Positions 50,669 through 63,292 of a stretch of DNA of 64,000 bases are shown one piece after another (position 1 is the first letter of the stretch; the number at the start of each line of letters is the position of its first letter). The stretch covers positions 72,833,754-72,897,753 of the forward strand of contig NC_068987.1 in NCBI RefSeq assembly GCF_001194135.2, written 5' to 3'. Below the pieces are notes generated by a model, which saw only the letters and a list, made by a program, of their open reading frames with translations, ran no database searches and was not told the DNA's origin. The DNA is from Octopus bimaculoides. Lineage: Eukaryota. The position numbers and the translations under genes are program-made.

Positions 50669-50745
50669 CTTTGAGCTGTTAGTGCCTTTGGTGCCTTTGA
50701 GCTGTTAGTGCCTTTGGTGCCTTTGAGCTGTTAGTGCCTTTGGTG
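50669..50745. repeat. 26-bp tandem repeat x3
   Basis: CTTTGAGCTGTTAGTGCCTTTGGTGC repeated essentially perfectly. Confidence 0.9.
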
Positions 50746-50779
50746 ACAAAGTACAAAGAAATGCATTACAGGTCCACAA

Positions 50780-51190
50780 ATACACAGAAAAATGAAGCCG
50801 TAGAACTCATGCTTACATATGGTTGTGCGACCTGGAACATCTAGAAACAAGTACAAATGTTGCAGAGAGGTGGGTCTTTAGGAGAATACTGAAGTTGTTC
50901 TGTGAAGGTAGAGTGGCAAACATTGAGGTTTGACAAGCGAAAACCACCAGAGAGCTTTTCAACAACATAAAGTGACAACAGAGTCAGTTCATTGGACACC
51001 ATTAGAGAAGAGAATGCCTTGAGCTTTTGGTGGCAACCAGGGAAGTGAAAGGAAGAAGCCAAGGAAGACAGAGAGAGAAAATACTTGACGATTTTAACAG
51101 CTGACTTCAGAAAGACCAGTCATATAATATACTATGTTGTGAGGGATCATGAGGGTGTGGAGGCCCATGATCACTGTCATCTATAACCAT
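50780..51190 (+). mobile_element. RTE LINE 3' fragment
   Basis: LTYGCATW, RILK, and LELLVATREVKGRSQGRQREK, typical of the RTE C-terminus. Confidence 0.7.
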
Positions 51191-52256
51191 GAAAAGAGAG
51201 AGATTTAATAATATTCTTTCAATAGTATTTGCTTTTATAAAACTCCACCCAGTAATCACCTCTGACCAACAGCAAGTAGGTTCCCTTTAACCCCTAACAT
51301 GACAAATATGATCAGTCACCAATAACATAATTATTCCAGCTTACCAGTTTACTGTAAGCTCCCCAACCATTCTAGGAATTCATACAAACCCATCAGCCTA
51401 TCATATGATCTTCCTTGCTCCACTTCCTAATGCCACACTCTTAACAACTACCTCATAATTGTTTTTAGGAGTGTCAATAAAGAAGATTTGGCTGCTTCAT
51501 GGAAGCTCCTCCATGGGCTTATATATAAAAGATTAAATAATGGCTAATTACTAAATATCTGAGCTGAATTATTGTTAATCCAGTTACTGTTTTTCAAACG
51601 ATTAATTTCGTTTTTAAAGATGAAAAAATTTTCAGTATTTACATCTATACAATGTTTCAAACTCTTTGAAATCTAATTGCCAACCCACATCTTATCTTAT
51701 TTATGAATGAGTTCAGAGAACCAGGTGTACATCATTAAACAATGAAATCCCCACGATAGAGAACAATTGTGGAAACTTCAAAATAATTGAAAGGATCAAT
51801 ATATAGATGCAATCATGGCTGTATAGATAGGGGCATGGTTACAAAGTTTGTTTTGCTGCCATGTGAGCAAGTATCTTCGACAACTCTGGGAAGATTGGTG
51901 TCTTGTGAGTGAATTTGGTAAACATAAGCTGTGTGGAAACCTGTAATATATGAGGAGGTGCTGAAAAGATCCTGGCTTTTGGTAAAAGAAAATACAGGAG
52001 GATCGGTTAATTATGATTTTATTCAACATGTTCCCCTCTCAGATTCACATACTTATTGCAGTGGTCCTTCAGTTTTTATAAGCCCTGTAAAAGAACTGAG
52101 AAGGTTGGCCCTCCAACCAAGCCTTTCATGATACCCTTAAAGCCAGGAACTTTTCAGTACCCCCTCATATGTATGTATATGTACACACACACACATATAT
52201 GTATGTGTCTTTCTACTTGTGTTTGTATGCCCTCATTTGCCACATGTATATATATA

Positions 52257-52333
<77 letters not shown>

Positions 52334-52533
52334 GATGGACTGTCATCTACTAAACTCACTCACAGAGCATTGGTCAGTTCAGGAATCTAATACCACACAT
52401 TCAGCCAAGGTGCTGTACTGTGGGACTGAACCTCAAACCACATAGTTGCAAATTGACAAACCTAACTACACTGCCATGCCTGATTACAAAAGAGCTAAAA
52501 AGAGAATGTGATTAAAAGAAATAGAACTCTTAC

Positions 52534-52737
52534 TCGAGGAATCTCTCTTGATTTCAGTGGCTTCAGTTGAAGAAGTGGTGGGTATGACAATATCATCATC
52601 ATCATCATCATCATTATCATCATCATCGTTGATGATTATTGACTCCTCAATAACATCGTTGTCAAATGAAATGTTTTCATTTTGGTTTCTGATTTCAACA
52701 ATTTTCTCTGGAGATGATGTTGAGTCAGAGTGAGAAG
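52534..52737 (-). CDS. EFCAB7: Candidate EFCAB7 linker exon with poly-Asp tract
   Basis: ttattctgtAG acceptor and A|GTAAGA donor; 204 bp, phase 1 to 1, stop-free (SHSDSTSSPEKIVEIRNQNENISFDNDVIEESIIINDDDDNDDDDDDDIVIPTTSS...). Phase fits the next exon; no homology support. Confidence 0.55.
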
Positions 52738-53534
52738 CTACAGAATAACAAGTGAAGAAAAAGTAGTGGGTGGACAGCTGGTAAATTAAGTTGACTGTTT
52801 GGTTTAGTACCTTGAGAGTTTTTATTTTGCTCTGGAATCCCATCACTACCATCTTTGCTTTCTTGTCAGCTACATAATGTAGGGTAGCCATGTATCTCCT
52901 CTATAGAAGGATACGTGTGCTAGTGCTAGCCCCTCTGGCATATTTTAGCCTCTCTACACTTGGTATAAGGCCAAATCCTCCTCCCAGATACTCCCCACCC
53001 ACTTAGTTGATGGGTGGGGGTGAGGTTTCTAGAGCTTTTTTCTGTTTTGCAAATTACTTGGTGACTTCACTAATGTCAGTGGCATGATAAAAGTATGATG
53101 AAGGTAAAGAATGCGCACAACCGGTGTATAGGATTAGGGTTAGGGTTAGGTAGGAATAATGCTGCTGATGATGATGATGATTACTTTACAATGATACAGT
53201 CTATTTTGCTGATGACATTGATGATGATGATGATTACTTTACAATGATACAGTCTATTTTGCTGAGAAGAGGCACCAACAATGGTCAATCTTACTGCAGA
53301 TAGCCTTCACGAGTTGATGATAATGCCAACATGAGCATCCTTGTCTAGGACTTCTAGACAGCTGCTGAGGATGTAAACTAGAGTTCTCCCCTCTCACTTA
53401 TAATGTCATATTTCTGACACCTCCATCCCTATCTCAAAAAAATTTAAAAAAAAAAAAAATTAAATAAAAATGTATTATCCAATGAAATTTAGATAGAAAT
53501 AACAAGAATTTTGCACAAGTAAATCCAGACATAG

Positions 53535-53590
<56 letters not shown>

Positions 53591-53594
<4 letters not shown>

Positions 53595-53663
53595 TACAGA
53601 AAATTGCACTACTGGGTACTGCACACATCCTACGCAAAACACTTTCAATACAGTAACCATAAG
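53591..53663 (+). mobile_element. R4/Dong family A 5'-truncated copy after (TAA)n
   Basis: IQKIALLGTAHILRKTLSIQ*, near-identical to 2837-2900; runs into a gap. Confidence 0.8.
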
Positions 53664-54602
53664 NNNNNNNNNNNNNNNNNNNNNNNNNNNNNNNNNNNNN
53701 NNNNNNNNNNNNNNNNNNNNNNNNNNNNNNNNNNNNNNNNNNNNNNNNNNNNNNNNNNNNNNNNNNNNNNNNNNNNNNNNNNNNNNNNNNNNNNNNNNNN
53801 NNNNNNNNNNNNNNNNNNNNNNNNNNNNNNNNNNNNNNNNNNNNNNNNNNNNNNNNNNNNNNNNNNNNNNNNNNNNNNNNNNNNNNNNNNNNNNNNNNNN
53901 NNNNNNNNNNNNNNNNNNNNNNNNNNNNNNNNNNNNNNNNNNNNNNNNNNNNNNNNNNNNNNNNNNNNNNNNNNNNNNNNNNNNNNNNNNNNNNNNNNNN
54001 NNNNNNNNNNNNNNNNNNNNNNNNNNNNNNNNNNNNNNNNNNNNNNNNNNNNNNNNNNNNNNNNNNNNNNNNNNNNNNNNNNNNNNNNNNNNNNNNNNNN
54101 NNNNNNNNNNNNNNNNNNNNNNNNNNNNNNNNNNNNNNNNNNNNNNNNNNNNNNNNNNNNNNNNNNNNNNNNNNNNNNNNNNNNNNNNNNNNNNNNNNNN
54201 NNNNNNNNNNNNNNNNNNNNNNNNNNNNNNNNNNNNNNNNNNNNNNNNNNNNNNNNNNNNNNNNNNNNNNNNNNNNNNNNNNNNNNNNNNNNNNNNNNNN
54301 NNNNNNNNNNNNNNNNNNNNNNNNNNNNNNNNNNNNNNNNNNNNNNNNNNNNNNNNNNNNNNNNNNNNNNNNNNNNNNNNNNNNNNNNNNNNNNNNNNNN
54401 NNNNNNNNNNNNNNNNNNNNNNNNNNNNNNNNNNNNNNNNNNNNNNNNNNNNNNNNNNNNNNNNNNNNNNNNNNNNNNNNNNNNNNNNNNNNNNNNNNNN
54501 NNNNNNNNNNNNNNNNNNNNNNNNNNNNNNNNNNNNNNNNNNNNNNNNNNNNNNNNNNNNNNNNNNNNNNNNNNNNNNNNNNNNNNNNNNNNNNNNNNNN
54601 NN

Positions 54603-54795
54603 CCAACTTGTACAAATGCAAAACAAAAGTCAAACATAAAATAATAATAATAATACGCAAAACACTTTCAACACAGTAACCATAAGAGCATCACAGCAAA
54701 CCACAGCACATACCCAAGGTGCACAGAGCTGCGCTCAGTAGTGAAGTGAGAGCATGCTATAAAAATAAAACTACTGAATAATAATAATAATAATG
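54603..54795 (+). mobile_element. R4/Dong family B tail + (TAA)n + family A 3' UTR + (TAA)n
   Basis: 54603-54637 matches the 3' end of 4181-4220; 54654-54776 matches 2741-2860. Confidence 0.75.
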
Positions 54796-55067
54796 ATGAT
54801 TTCAAATTTTTGCCACAAGGGCAGCTTGTGAGAGGGGATTAGGTCGATTACATTGATCCCCAGTGCGTAACTGGTACTTATTTAATTGATCTCGAAAGGA
54901 TGAAAGGTAAAGGCGACCTTGGTGGAATTTGAACTCAGAATGTAATGATGGACGAAATACTGCTAAGCATATCACCAGGCATGCTAACGATTCTGCCAGC
55001 TCACCACCTTAATAATAATGATAATAATAATAATAATAACAATAATAATAATAATAATGACAATAAT

Positions 55068-55420
55068 AACAAGAGCACTCAGATAGTGCAAACCTCTGCC
55101 AAGGCAACACCAATGTCCTCTCAATGATAAGCCAGAGGTGATTTTTAAAACGAGAATATCTGAAATAAACTCGACTGCTCTCACAAATGAGAATACTAAA
55201 AGTGAACCCAACCACTCTCAAATATTAAGTAAAAAAAACAGGGAAAATAATCCAGAATCCTTGTCTGGTATCAGATCAATCCCAAAATCTAATCAATTTG
55301 TGCCAGTCACGAGGCCAAACATCCCTGAAAGTTTCATCCGAATCCATTCAGCAGTTCTTGAGATATCTTGTCCACGGACAGACAAACAAACAAACAAATA
55401 TGACTGAAGACGACAGACAA
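55068..55420 (+). mobile_element. Helentron/DINE-1-like non-autonomous element
   Basis: Starts AACAAGAGCACTC..CCTCTGCCAAGGC; ends GAGATATCTTGTCCACGGACAGACAAAC(AAAC)n. Confidence 0.45.
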
Positions 55421-55880
55421 ACAACAACAACGACGACGAGGAGGAAGAGGAGGAGGAGGAAGAGAAGGAGGAGGAGGAGCAGAAGAAGAAGANNNNNNNN
55501 NNNNNNNNNNNNNNNNNNNNNNNNNNNNNNNNNNNNNNNNNNNNNNNNNNNNNNNNNNNNNNNNNNNNNNNNNNNNNNNNNNNNNNNNNNNNNNNNNNNN
55601 NNNNNNNNNNNNNNNNNNNNNNNNNNNNNNNNNNNNNNNNNNNNNNNNNNNNNNNNNNNNNNNNNNNNNNNNNNNNNNNNNNNNNNNNNNNNNNNNNNNN
55701 NNNNNNNNNNNNNNNNNNNNNNNNNNNNNNNNNNNNNNNNNNNNNNNNNNNNNNNNNNNNNNNNNNNNNNNNNNNNNNNNNNNNNNNNNNNNNNNNNNNN
55801 NNNNNNNNNNNNNNNNNNNNNNNNNNNNNNNNNNNNNNNNNNNNNNNNNNNNNNNNNNNNNNNNNNNNNNNNNNNNNNNN

Positions 55881-55908
55881 NAATAGTTTCTTCCATTGTT
55901 TTGCTAAA
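55881..55908 (-). CDS. EFCAB7: EFCAB7 exon, 5' part only (runs into assembly gap)
   Basis: Long pyrimidine tract ttctttcttctttaccatttcatAG, then FSKTMEETI (cf. FCKLYMTT); truncated by Ns at 55880. Confidence 0.75.
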
Positions 55909-56002
55909 CTATGAAATGGTAAAGAAGAAAGAAAAAAGTACAGTGGTAAACAATGATGACATTTCAGCATATACTTTCTTACCAAACTGAAGTTTGTACA
56001 TA

Positions 56003-57625
56003 CACTGGTCAAAATAAGTTAATGACAGTTCTATTCATTCATTAATTTATTTTTAACAAAACTGTATAAGATAATTTATGTAGAATTTTTTTCTCTTTCG
56101 AATGATATAGGCTTTATATATCTTTCTGCAATTTGAATAATATTAATGCGCAATTAATTCAAATGATTAAAAATTGTCGGCAAAATAAGTTTAAGACCGT
56201 ACCGACATTATTTTGTTTAAGACTGTACCAAGATTATACAAATTAATAAACCAAATGGGTGGTCATATGGCTGGTTGTACTGCACTGTTTTGTTTAATAA
56301 TTGAGCATTGTTACATATTAATTCACTATGGGAAAGCGTCATAGTATCAGCCCAGTTACTAGATCAAAGATCGTATTGCTTCATCAGCAAAATGTGTCTT
56401 TCATGAATATAGCAAGCAATTAGGATGCAGCAAAACGGCTCATGTTCAAGTCTGGAAGCTTTACCAAGCCACTGGCCAATACAAAGTTCAGCAAAGAATA
56501 GGCGCTCTGAGAAAAACAACAGTATAGATAGATCAGTAAATTCATAGCCTCTCTGAAAATAACCGAATCCTAACAGCAGTGGACATTTGCAAGCAATTAT
56601 CTGATGAGACTGACATCAGCTTTACACCACAAACTGCCAGAAACCATCTAAAAGAATTTGGACTGTTCAGCCAGATTGCTCAAAAGAAGCTCATGATTTC
56701 TGAGATGAACCGGCGGCAGCGGAACAAGTTTGCTAAAAGCCATATTGAATGGACAGCTGAAGACTGGTCAAAAGTTCTCTGGAACAATGAATCTCGCTTT
56801 TGCATCTTTGGATCAGATGGAAAGACTTATGTTAGACACCATCCAACAGAAGAATTCCACCCTAAGTGTGTCAAGAAAACAGCACAAGTGGAAGGGTTAG
56901 GGTAATGGTGTGGGTTATATTCAGCAACTTAGGTGTTGGTCCAATTGTTAGGGCTGATGGCAGACTGAACAGTGTAGGCTATCTGCAATTAGTAAATGAA
57001 AATGTGCTGCCATATTTAAATAATCAGATACCACCGGGGTCTATTTTCCAGCAGGACAATTGCCCTGTTCATAAGGCAAGGAAAGTTTTGCAATAATATG
57101 GTGGTTATTGAGTGGCCTCCACAGAGCCCAGATTTAAATCTGATAGAAAATTTATGGAATTATGTTTGTAAAAGAGCTTTTGCTAAAAAAATCCCCAACA
57201 AATTTGTCCTAATTATATAACTTTATTAAAGAAATATGGCAGAACATTCGAAGCAATTTTTGTGCTCATTTGTCGAACTCCATATCCCACCGTTGTAAGG
57301 CCACAATTGAAAATAATGGCTATGGAACTAGATACTAATAATAAATTTTTGTTCGTTGATCATTTGTGCTATAAATTTTCAATTTAAACAAAATAATGTT
57401 GGTACAGTTTTAAACTTATTTTGCTGACAATTTTTAATCATTTGAATTAAATGCGCATTAAAATTATTCAAATTGTAGAAAGATATATAATGCCTGTATT
57501 ATTCAAAAGAGAAAAAAATCCTACATAAACTGTAAAAAGTAAAATAATTTTATACAGTTTTGTTAAAAATAAATTAATGAAGGAATAGAACTGTCATCAT
57601 TGGTCTTAAACTTATTTAACTGGTG
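56003..57625 (+). mobile_element. Tc1-family transposon with ~200-bp IR-DR type TIRs
   Basis: Long inverted arms at ~56003-56205 and ~57400-57625 in TA; KVLWNNESRF, MVWVIFS, FQQDNCPVH and WPPQSPDLNLIENLW; frameshifted. Confidence 0.9.
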
Positions 57626-58427
57626 TATGTTAGAAATCAGTATTTACATTTCAGTTAATTTGGTCTCTGATTCTGACTCACACCAAATGTTTTATGTCTG
57701 TGTGTAGTAGTAGATCAAATCTGAAGTTTTATTTCTAAAATACCAGTCTAATACTACACATGCAAACACACACACACACACACACACATTCATGTATATA
57801 TGTAGCTCCTCTCCAGCAAGAAACCTGTTCTGCTCTGGCCCTTCTCTCATGTTCCCACCCCTCAGCTAGCATAAAGCTGTTGCTTTAGGATTCAGGATCT
57901 TACAGGCTGCAGTGTGAACTCATTAGTACTGGTATAACAAAAACAAAAAAGCACCCAGTACATATTGTAAAGTGGTTGGTGTTAGGAAGGGCATCTAGCT
58001 ATAGAGACGATGCCAAAGTAGACGCTGGAGTATGATGCAGCCCTTGGACACTTTGGATTCTTTCAAACCATTCAGCCCAAGCCAGCTTGATATATGGACG
58101 TTAAATGACAATGATGATGATGATGATGATGATGATATATATATATATATATATGCCAGTGAAATGTAAAAGACATATGTTAGTGACATGTAAAAGGGCA
58201 CCCATGCCAGTGACATGTAGAAGACACCCAGTATACTCTGTAAAGTGGTTGGCATTAGGAAGGGCATCCAGATATAGAAACCAAGCCAAAACAGATGACT
58301 GAAGCCTAGTGCAGCTCCCAGTTTTACCAGCTCCAGTCAAACCATCTAACCCATGCAAGCATGGAAAATGGATGTTAAATTATGACGATGATGATGATGA
58401 CATACATACATATTGTATATGTATGTG

Positions 58428-58458
<31 letters not shown>

Positions 58459-58463
58459 ATATA

Positions 58464-58669
58464 CAGTAGTCCCTCACCATATCATGGTTCACCTATCGTG
58501 CACTCAGTACATCACAGATTTTTCAGGCTAATATATGTAAATTTATATCGCGAACTCTTCAGTATATCACAGGTTTCTGCAGCTGATAGGTATTTATATT
58601 TTTTTAGATTTTAACTATTTCTGTGGGAGGTTTTGGAACATAACACCCACAATAGTTGAGGGATTAATG
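58464..58669. mobile_element. pogo/Tigger-like MITE (same family as 20023-20240)
   Basis: CAGTAGTCCCTCACCATATCATGGTTCACCTAT ... GTTGAGGGATTAATG flanked by TA. Confidence 0.75.
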
Positions 58670-58935
58670 TATATACATACAGATATAAATACAACACCTG
58701 CTAATGATGAGAGACCAATGAAACCAAATGAGATATAGTGTAAATGTAAATATTAAGCATTTCATCACTAAATGCAAGGTTAAAAGTCAGGAAAGTAAAA
58801 CTGTATTATTATAGTAGTTCTGTTTCTTATAGTTGTATCAGTGTAATTCCTCATGGCACCTAATAATACTAAGGTGTATTGATCCCCTCGGAGTTCTTTG
58901 CTAACAATGCAACACAGCAATGGTGCATAATGTAA

Positions 58936-60671
58936 CACTGGGGAACAGGGTTTTTGTTGTCAGATGTTGGAGATGTTTCCTACTGGGGTGCTGATTTCAA
59001 AAATGAAATTCATTTTGCTCTGTCACGTTAAGATTTTCCACAAACTTAGATGTCCATTTTTCAACATTTCTGGTATTGTCACCATCTCTAAGGAGAGATT
59101 TGACTTCATCAAATGCGAACCCATGTATGGAGCATGACATAACTTTGAAAATATAGTTTTGAAATGTCATTTAAAGTAAATACAACTACAAAAGTGAAAA
59201 CAAAAGTCATGATTTAAGTACCTTCAGTAAATGATAAGCATCAAACTTGAGCAACTTTCACTATTTTCAACCTAACCAGTTTCAAATGTCATGATGATGA
59301 TAGAAATGTTCTTTATATAATTAGATATTAAGAAACACCATACATGTCTCGTATTTGTGGAATTTATCTGCAGATATGGGCATGCTCTGCTGAATTTAGT
59401 GTGATTATCATTGCAAACTAGACAAGACATGTTTAATTGAACTTTTAAACCATTTCTCATGAAAATTGGTATTTTGAACGTGTCCTTAATGTTTTAATTG
59501 TGAGTTCATACGGGTCAAGGTCACTTTTTGTCAAGCATGGTCAAAAGACTGTAAAAAGAACTTCATGGTATGCATGCTCTTTATGAAACTTTGCCATCAC
59601 AAATCTGCATGTGCTTACTTTATAGCTGTTGACTATTCTGAAAGTACTTTTCCCAGGTGACAACTGGCTTGAATATGTTCTGTGTTTCAGAAATATAGCC
59701 AGTTGTGAGAGAAGAGAATGTAAGAACAGCCCTGATGTCTTCTGCTTATTTTTGGATTAGGCAGTGAAATAAACTCACAGATTTTGTGAAGAGAGCTTAC
59801 CTTACTTCCTTACTTACTTTAGCATGAAACTGGGTGACAAGACAAAGCCTGGGTGCCAAATAGAGTGCACAAAACATGTGTTGAAACACTGAAACAGTGA
59901 CTGCTTCAAATGCTTAAGCAGAAAGTTACCAGTTTTGTCTTGTGAGAAAATTAAGGTTGGTGTATTTGATGGGCCACATTTCAGGATGAGCTATTTTTGA
60001 AGATCATGTCTGGCATTGAAAAATAATCACAGGATGCTTTTGCTGCAGTTGTGTCTGATTTCCTGGGAAACATGAAGTCATTAAATTATGAAAATGTTGT
60101 GCAGATCCTTTTAAGCAGTTTTCAAGCACTGGGCTGCAACATGAGTGTAAATGTGCACAGTCATCTGGACTACTTCCTTGAAAATCATAAGGCAATAAGT
60201 GATGAGCAAGGAGAAAGATTCAACCAAGACATTGAGAACATTGGAGACTAGGTATCAAGGCCGGTGGAACACCAACGTGATGTTGTCTACTGAAGGTCAC
60301 CATAAAGAGACTGACATGATGAAATTTATTCACATAAAGCAGCAAAAAGAATGTTAATTCCTTGAATACCTGAAACTCCAGTTTGACAGAAAGATCTATT
60401 CTAAGATGTGTAATTAAATATTTGTGTAATTAAATATTTGTGTTAAACAATAAAAAGTACAATTTGATTTGTGTTAGTTTCTTATTTCAGCATTGCATTT
60501 AATGACAAAGTTGACATTTTTGGTAAAAAAAAAATGAATTCCTGTTTAACAAAAAACTTGACATCATAGAAAATTTCTGAGGGCATTTCTGAACCTGGCA
60601 ACAACAATTTAGATAGGATTAATTGTAAAAAACAAGACAACTAAACTTTTTTTCAAAAACATTACCCACTG
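58936..60671 (+). mobile_element. Chapaev3-like transposon, internally deleted, both ends present
   Basis: TAA|CACTGGG ... CCCACTG|TAA; C-terminal motif FLGN...LGCNMS..HSHLDYF..N..AISDEQGERFNQDI..YQGRW at 60050-60270. Confidence 0.8.
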
Positions 60672-60740
60672 TAATTTTTCAGGGTCACTCATTATTTGGT
60701 CTATGAATGCTTCAAAACAGGGAGGGGGGAAAATGCTTAC

Positions 60741-60827
60741 CTTTTTATAGTCTATCATTCCATTACTGTCAACATTGAGTTCTTCCATCAGCATTTTGGC
60801 ATCAGCAGAAGACATTTTTTCTCCTTT
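60741..60827 (-). CDS. EFCAB7: EFCAB7 exon (EF-hand)
   Basis: 87 bp, phase 0 to 0, donor GTAAGC. KGEKMSSADAKMLMEELNVDSNGMIDYKK matches EFCAB7 RGEKMT...ADVNADGKFDY. Confidence 0.9.
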
Positions 60828-61446
60828 CTTGCAAAATTATATTTTGAAATTAAATTAATCAAGTGACATAAATGAACACACACACACACACACGTGTATG
60901 TGTATATGCATATATGTGCATGTGTGTATGCAGACATGCACATATGTGCATGCACACACATACATACACTGACATGCAAGCACATGCACACACAAAAGTA
61001 CATACACATGTCCACATACATACACATACAACCAAAAGTATAACTATATAAAATAAAAATAACATGACAATACATATTTTTTTGTAATGGTTTAGTCATA
61101 AAATGAGGGGCTACATCCATCCATGAGATTTTCTATAAGGCTTCAAAGACTGGTGAGGGAAGGAACAAGGGTTATTATCATTCCACAGAGTGGACTCCAC
61201 AAAAAAGTACCCAAGGTGGTTATGTTAAACTGGGCATCATATTACATCTACCTCATCCCTCCCAAGAGAATGTACAGTCCATCTGAAAGACTTCTGAACA
61301 ATTTCCATGTTCCAAATTTCATTCACAAAGTTTCAGTCAACCTGAGCCTAAAGAAGAAGACCATGCAGAGGAATCAAACTTGGAGAATGTCTGTGATGCA
61401 AAACTTTTTGAGCACATAGTTATAGCTTTACCTATATACATATTGT

Positions 61447-61826
61447 GGAGGTACAATGGCCCAGTGTTTAGGGCAGCAAACTCGCGGTTGTAGGATCGCA
61501 GTTTCAATTCCCGTACCGGGCGTTGTGAGTGTTTATTGAGCGAAAACACCTAAAGCTCTACGAGGCTCCAGCAGTGGGTGGTGACGAACCCTGCTGTACT
61601 CTTTCACCTCAATTTTTTCTCACTCTTAGTTCCTGTTTCTGTTGTGCCTGTAACTCAAAGGGTCAGCCTTGTCACACTGTGTCCCACTGAATATCCCCCG
61701 AGAACTACGTTAAGGGTACACATGTCTGTGGAGTGCTCAGCCACTTGCACATTAATTTCATGAGCAGGCTGTTCCTTTGATCGGATCAACTGGAACCCTC
61801 GTCGTCGTAACCGATGGAGTGCCAAC
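61447..61826 (+). mobile_element. tRNA-derived SINE family C
   Basis: A/B-box head TGGCCCAGTG.TTAG..GTTTCAATTCCC; conserved core GAGTGCTCAGCCACTTGCAC..AATTTCA.GAGCAGGCTG. Copies at 22311-22630(+) and 63746-64000(-). Confidence 0.85.
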
Positions 61827-63018
61827 CGGTGCAGAATATACATATTGTATATCCTTACTGCATCATCACTTATAAATACTAGCTTAAAAGCCACCTGATA
61901 GGGCAGCTTTTAAGCTAGCTCTTGCGGAGGACGCTTCATTGGGCTTTGAGCCCAATAATGACACTTTATGCATTGAGTACATATTAAATTTTATTACACT
62001 TGACCAATATTTTTCAAGCAATGAACAATTTACATCAAAACAATGATATAATGTGTCGACTTGGAACTTATTACAAATCTTCATGATAAACAATTTTTTT
62101 TTCTGTCTAACCACTTTCTTTCTCTCTCTCTCTCACTTTCTGTTGATTGTTTTCAACCATCACCATCACCAGTACCACCACCATCGCCACCACAACTGCC
62201 ATACACACACCATTCAGACTTCTGACGCCACCACCAACAATACTTTTGACTTTCCCACCTTCCCCTCCACCACCATCACCACTGTCTTTCCCATCGCTTA
62301 CTATCACCGTCATCCCTAACTGCCTCGGCTACTGTTGAGGAGACTGAAGCAGTGAAAAATGAAGTGTTTTTGCTAAAGAACACAAGGAGTGTTTCTTTCT
62401 TTTTCTTTTAAGACAGTAAGACGTGATTTGAGGGTGATTTGGTTGCTATTTCTAACAGAACAAGCAATAAAACAGAGGTTCCCTGATATTTTAAGAGTGT
62501 AAGCAGCAGAGCTGTAAAATGACCGAGTTTTTCATTAGCCAATAATCTTGAGTTCAAATCTTCTTGACGGTTTAGAGAAGACAATGGGACACTACCCCAA
62601 TGTATTTGTCCACTGAATCAATACAACAGAAGAATGGTTTTCCCCAGTTGTGCCTAAATGCACGACCCAAAACTATCAAATAATTAATCCCAGATGCAGG
62701 CATGGCCATATGTTTAAGAAGAATGCTTTGCGACCATGTGGTTACGAGTTCAGTCCTGCTGCGTAGCACCTTGGGCAAGTGTCTTCTGTTATAGCCTTGG
62801 GTCAAACAATGCCTTGTGAGTGAATCTGGTAGATGGAAACTGTGTAGAAGCATTGTCATCATCATCATCATCATCATCATCATTTAATGTTTTTTTTTCC
62901 ATACTGGCATGGGCTAGATGGTTTCACAGGATCTGGTGAGCCACTGTGGGTGGGGCNNNNNNNNNNNNNNNNNNNNNNNNGGGGCGGGGGGGACTGCATT
63001 GAGCTCTAAAGCTTGACG

Positions 63019-63055
<37 letters not shown>

Positions 63056-63292
63056 TTTGTGCCTGTGTCTGCTCCCTTCCCACACATACATACACACTGC
63101 TTGACAACCAGTGTTGCTTTGTTTACATCCCCATAACTAAAAAAAAAAAGGTACAGGGGTTGAATTGTTCAATTAAACCCTTCAAAGGAGTGCCCCAGCA
63201 TGATCGCAATTCAAGGACTTATACAAGTTAAAGACGAGAGAAGGAAAAAAAAAAACTCATTGCAAAACAAGAACAATAACTCAAAGACTTAC

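Noticed and set aside
53134-53150. (TTAGGG) x ~3
   Set aside because: Too short to call an interstitial telomere.
61123-61419. 98-aa ORF in an EFCAB7 intron
   Set aside because: No recognisable motif in any frame and no supporting splice structure.
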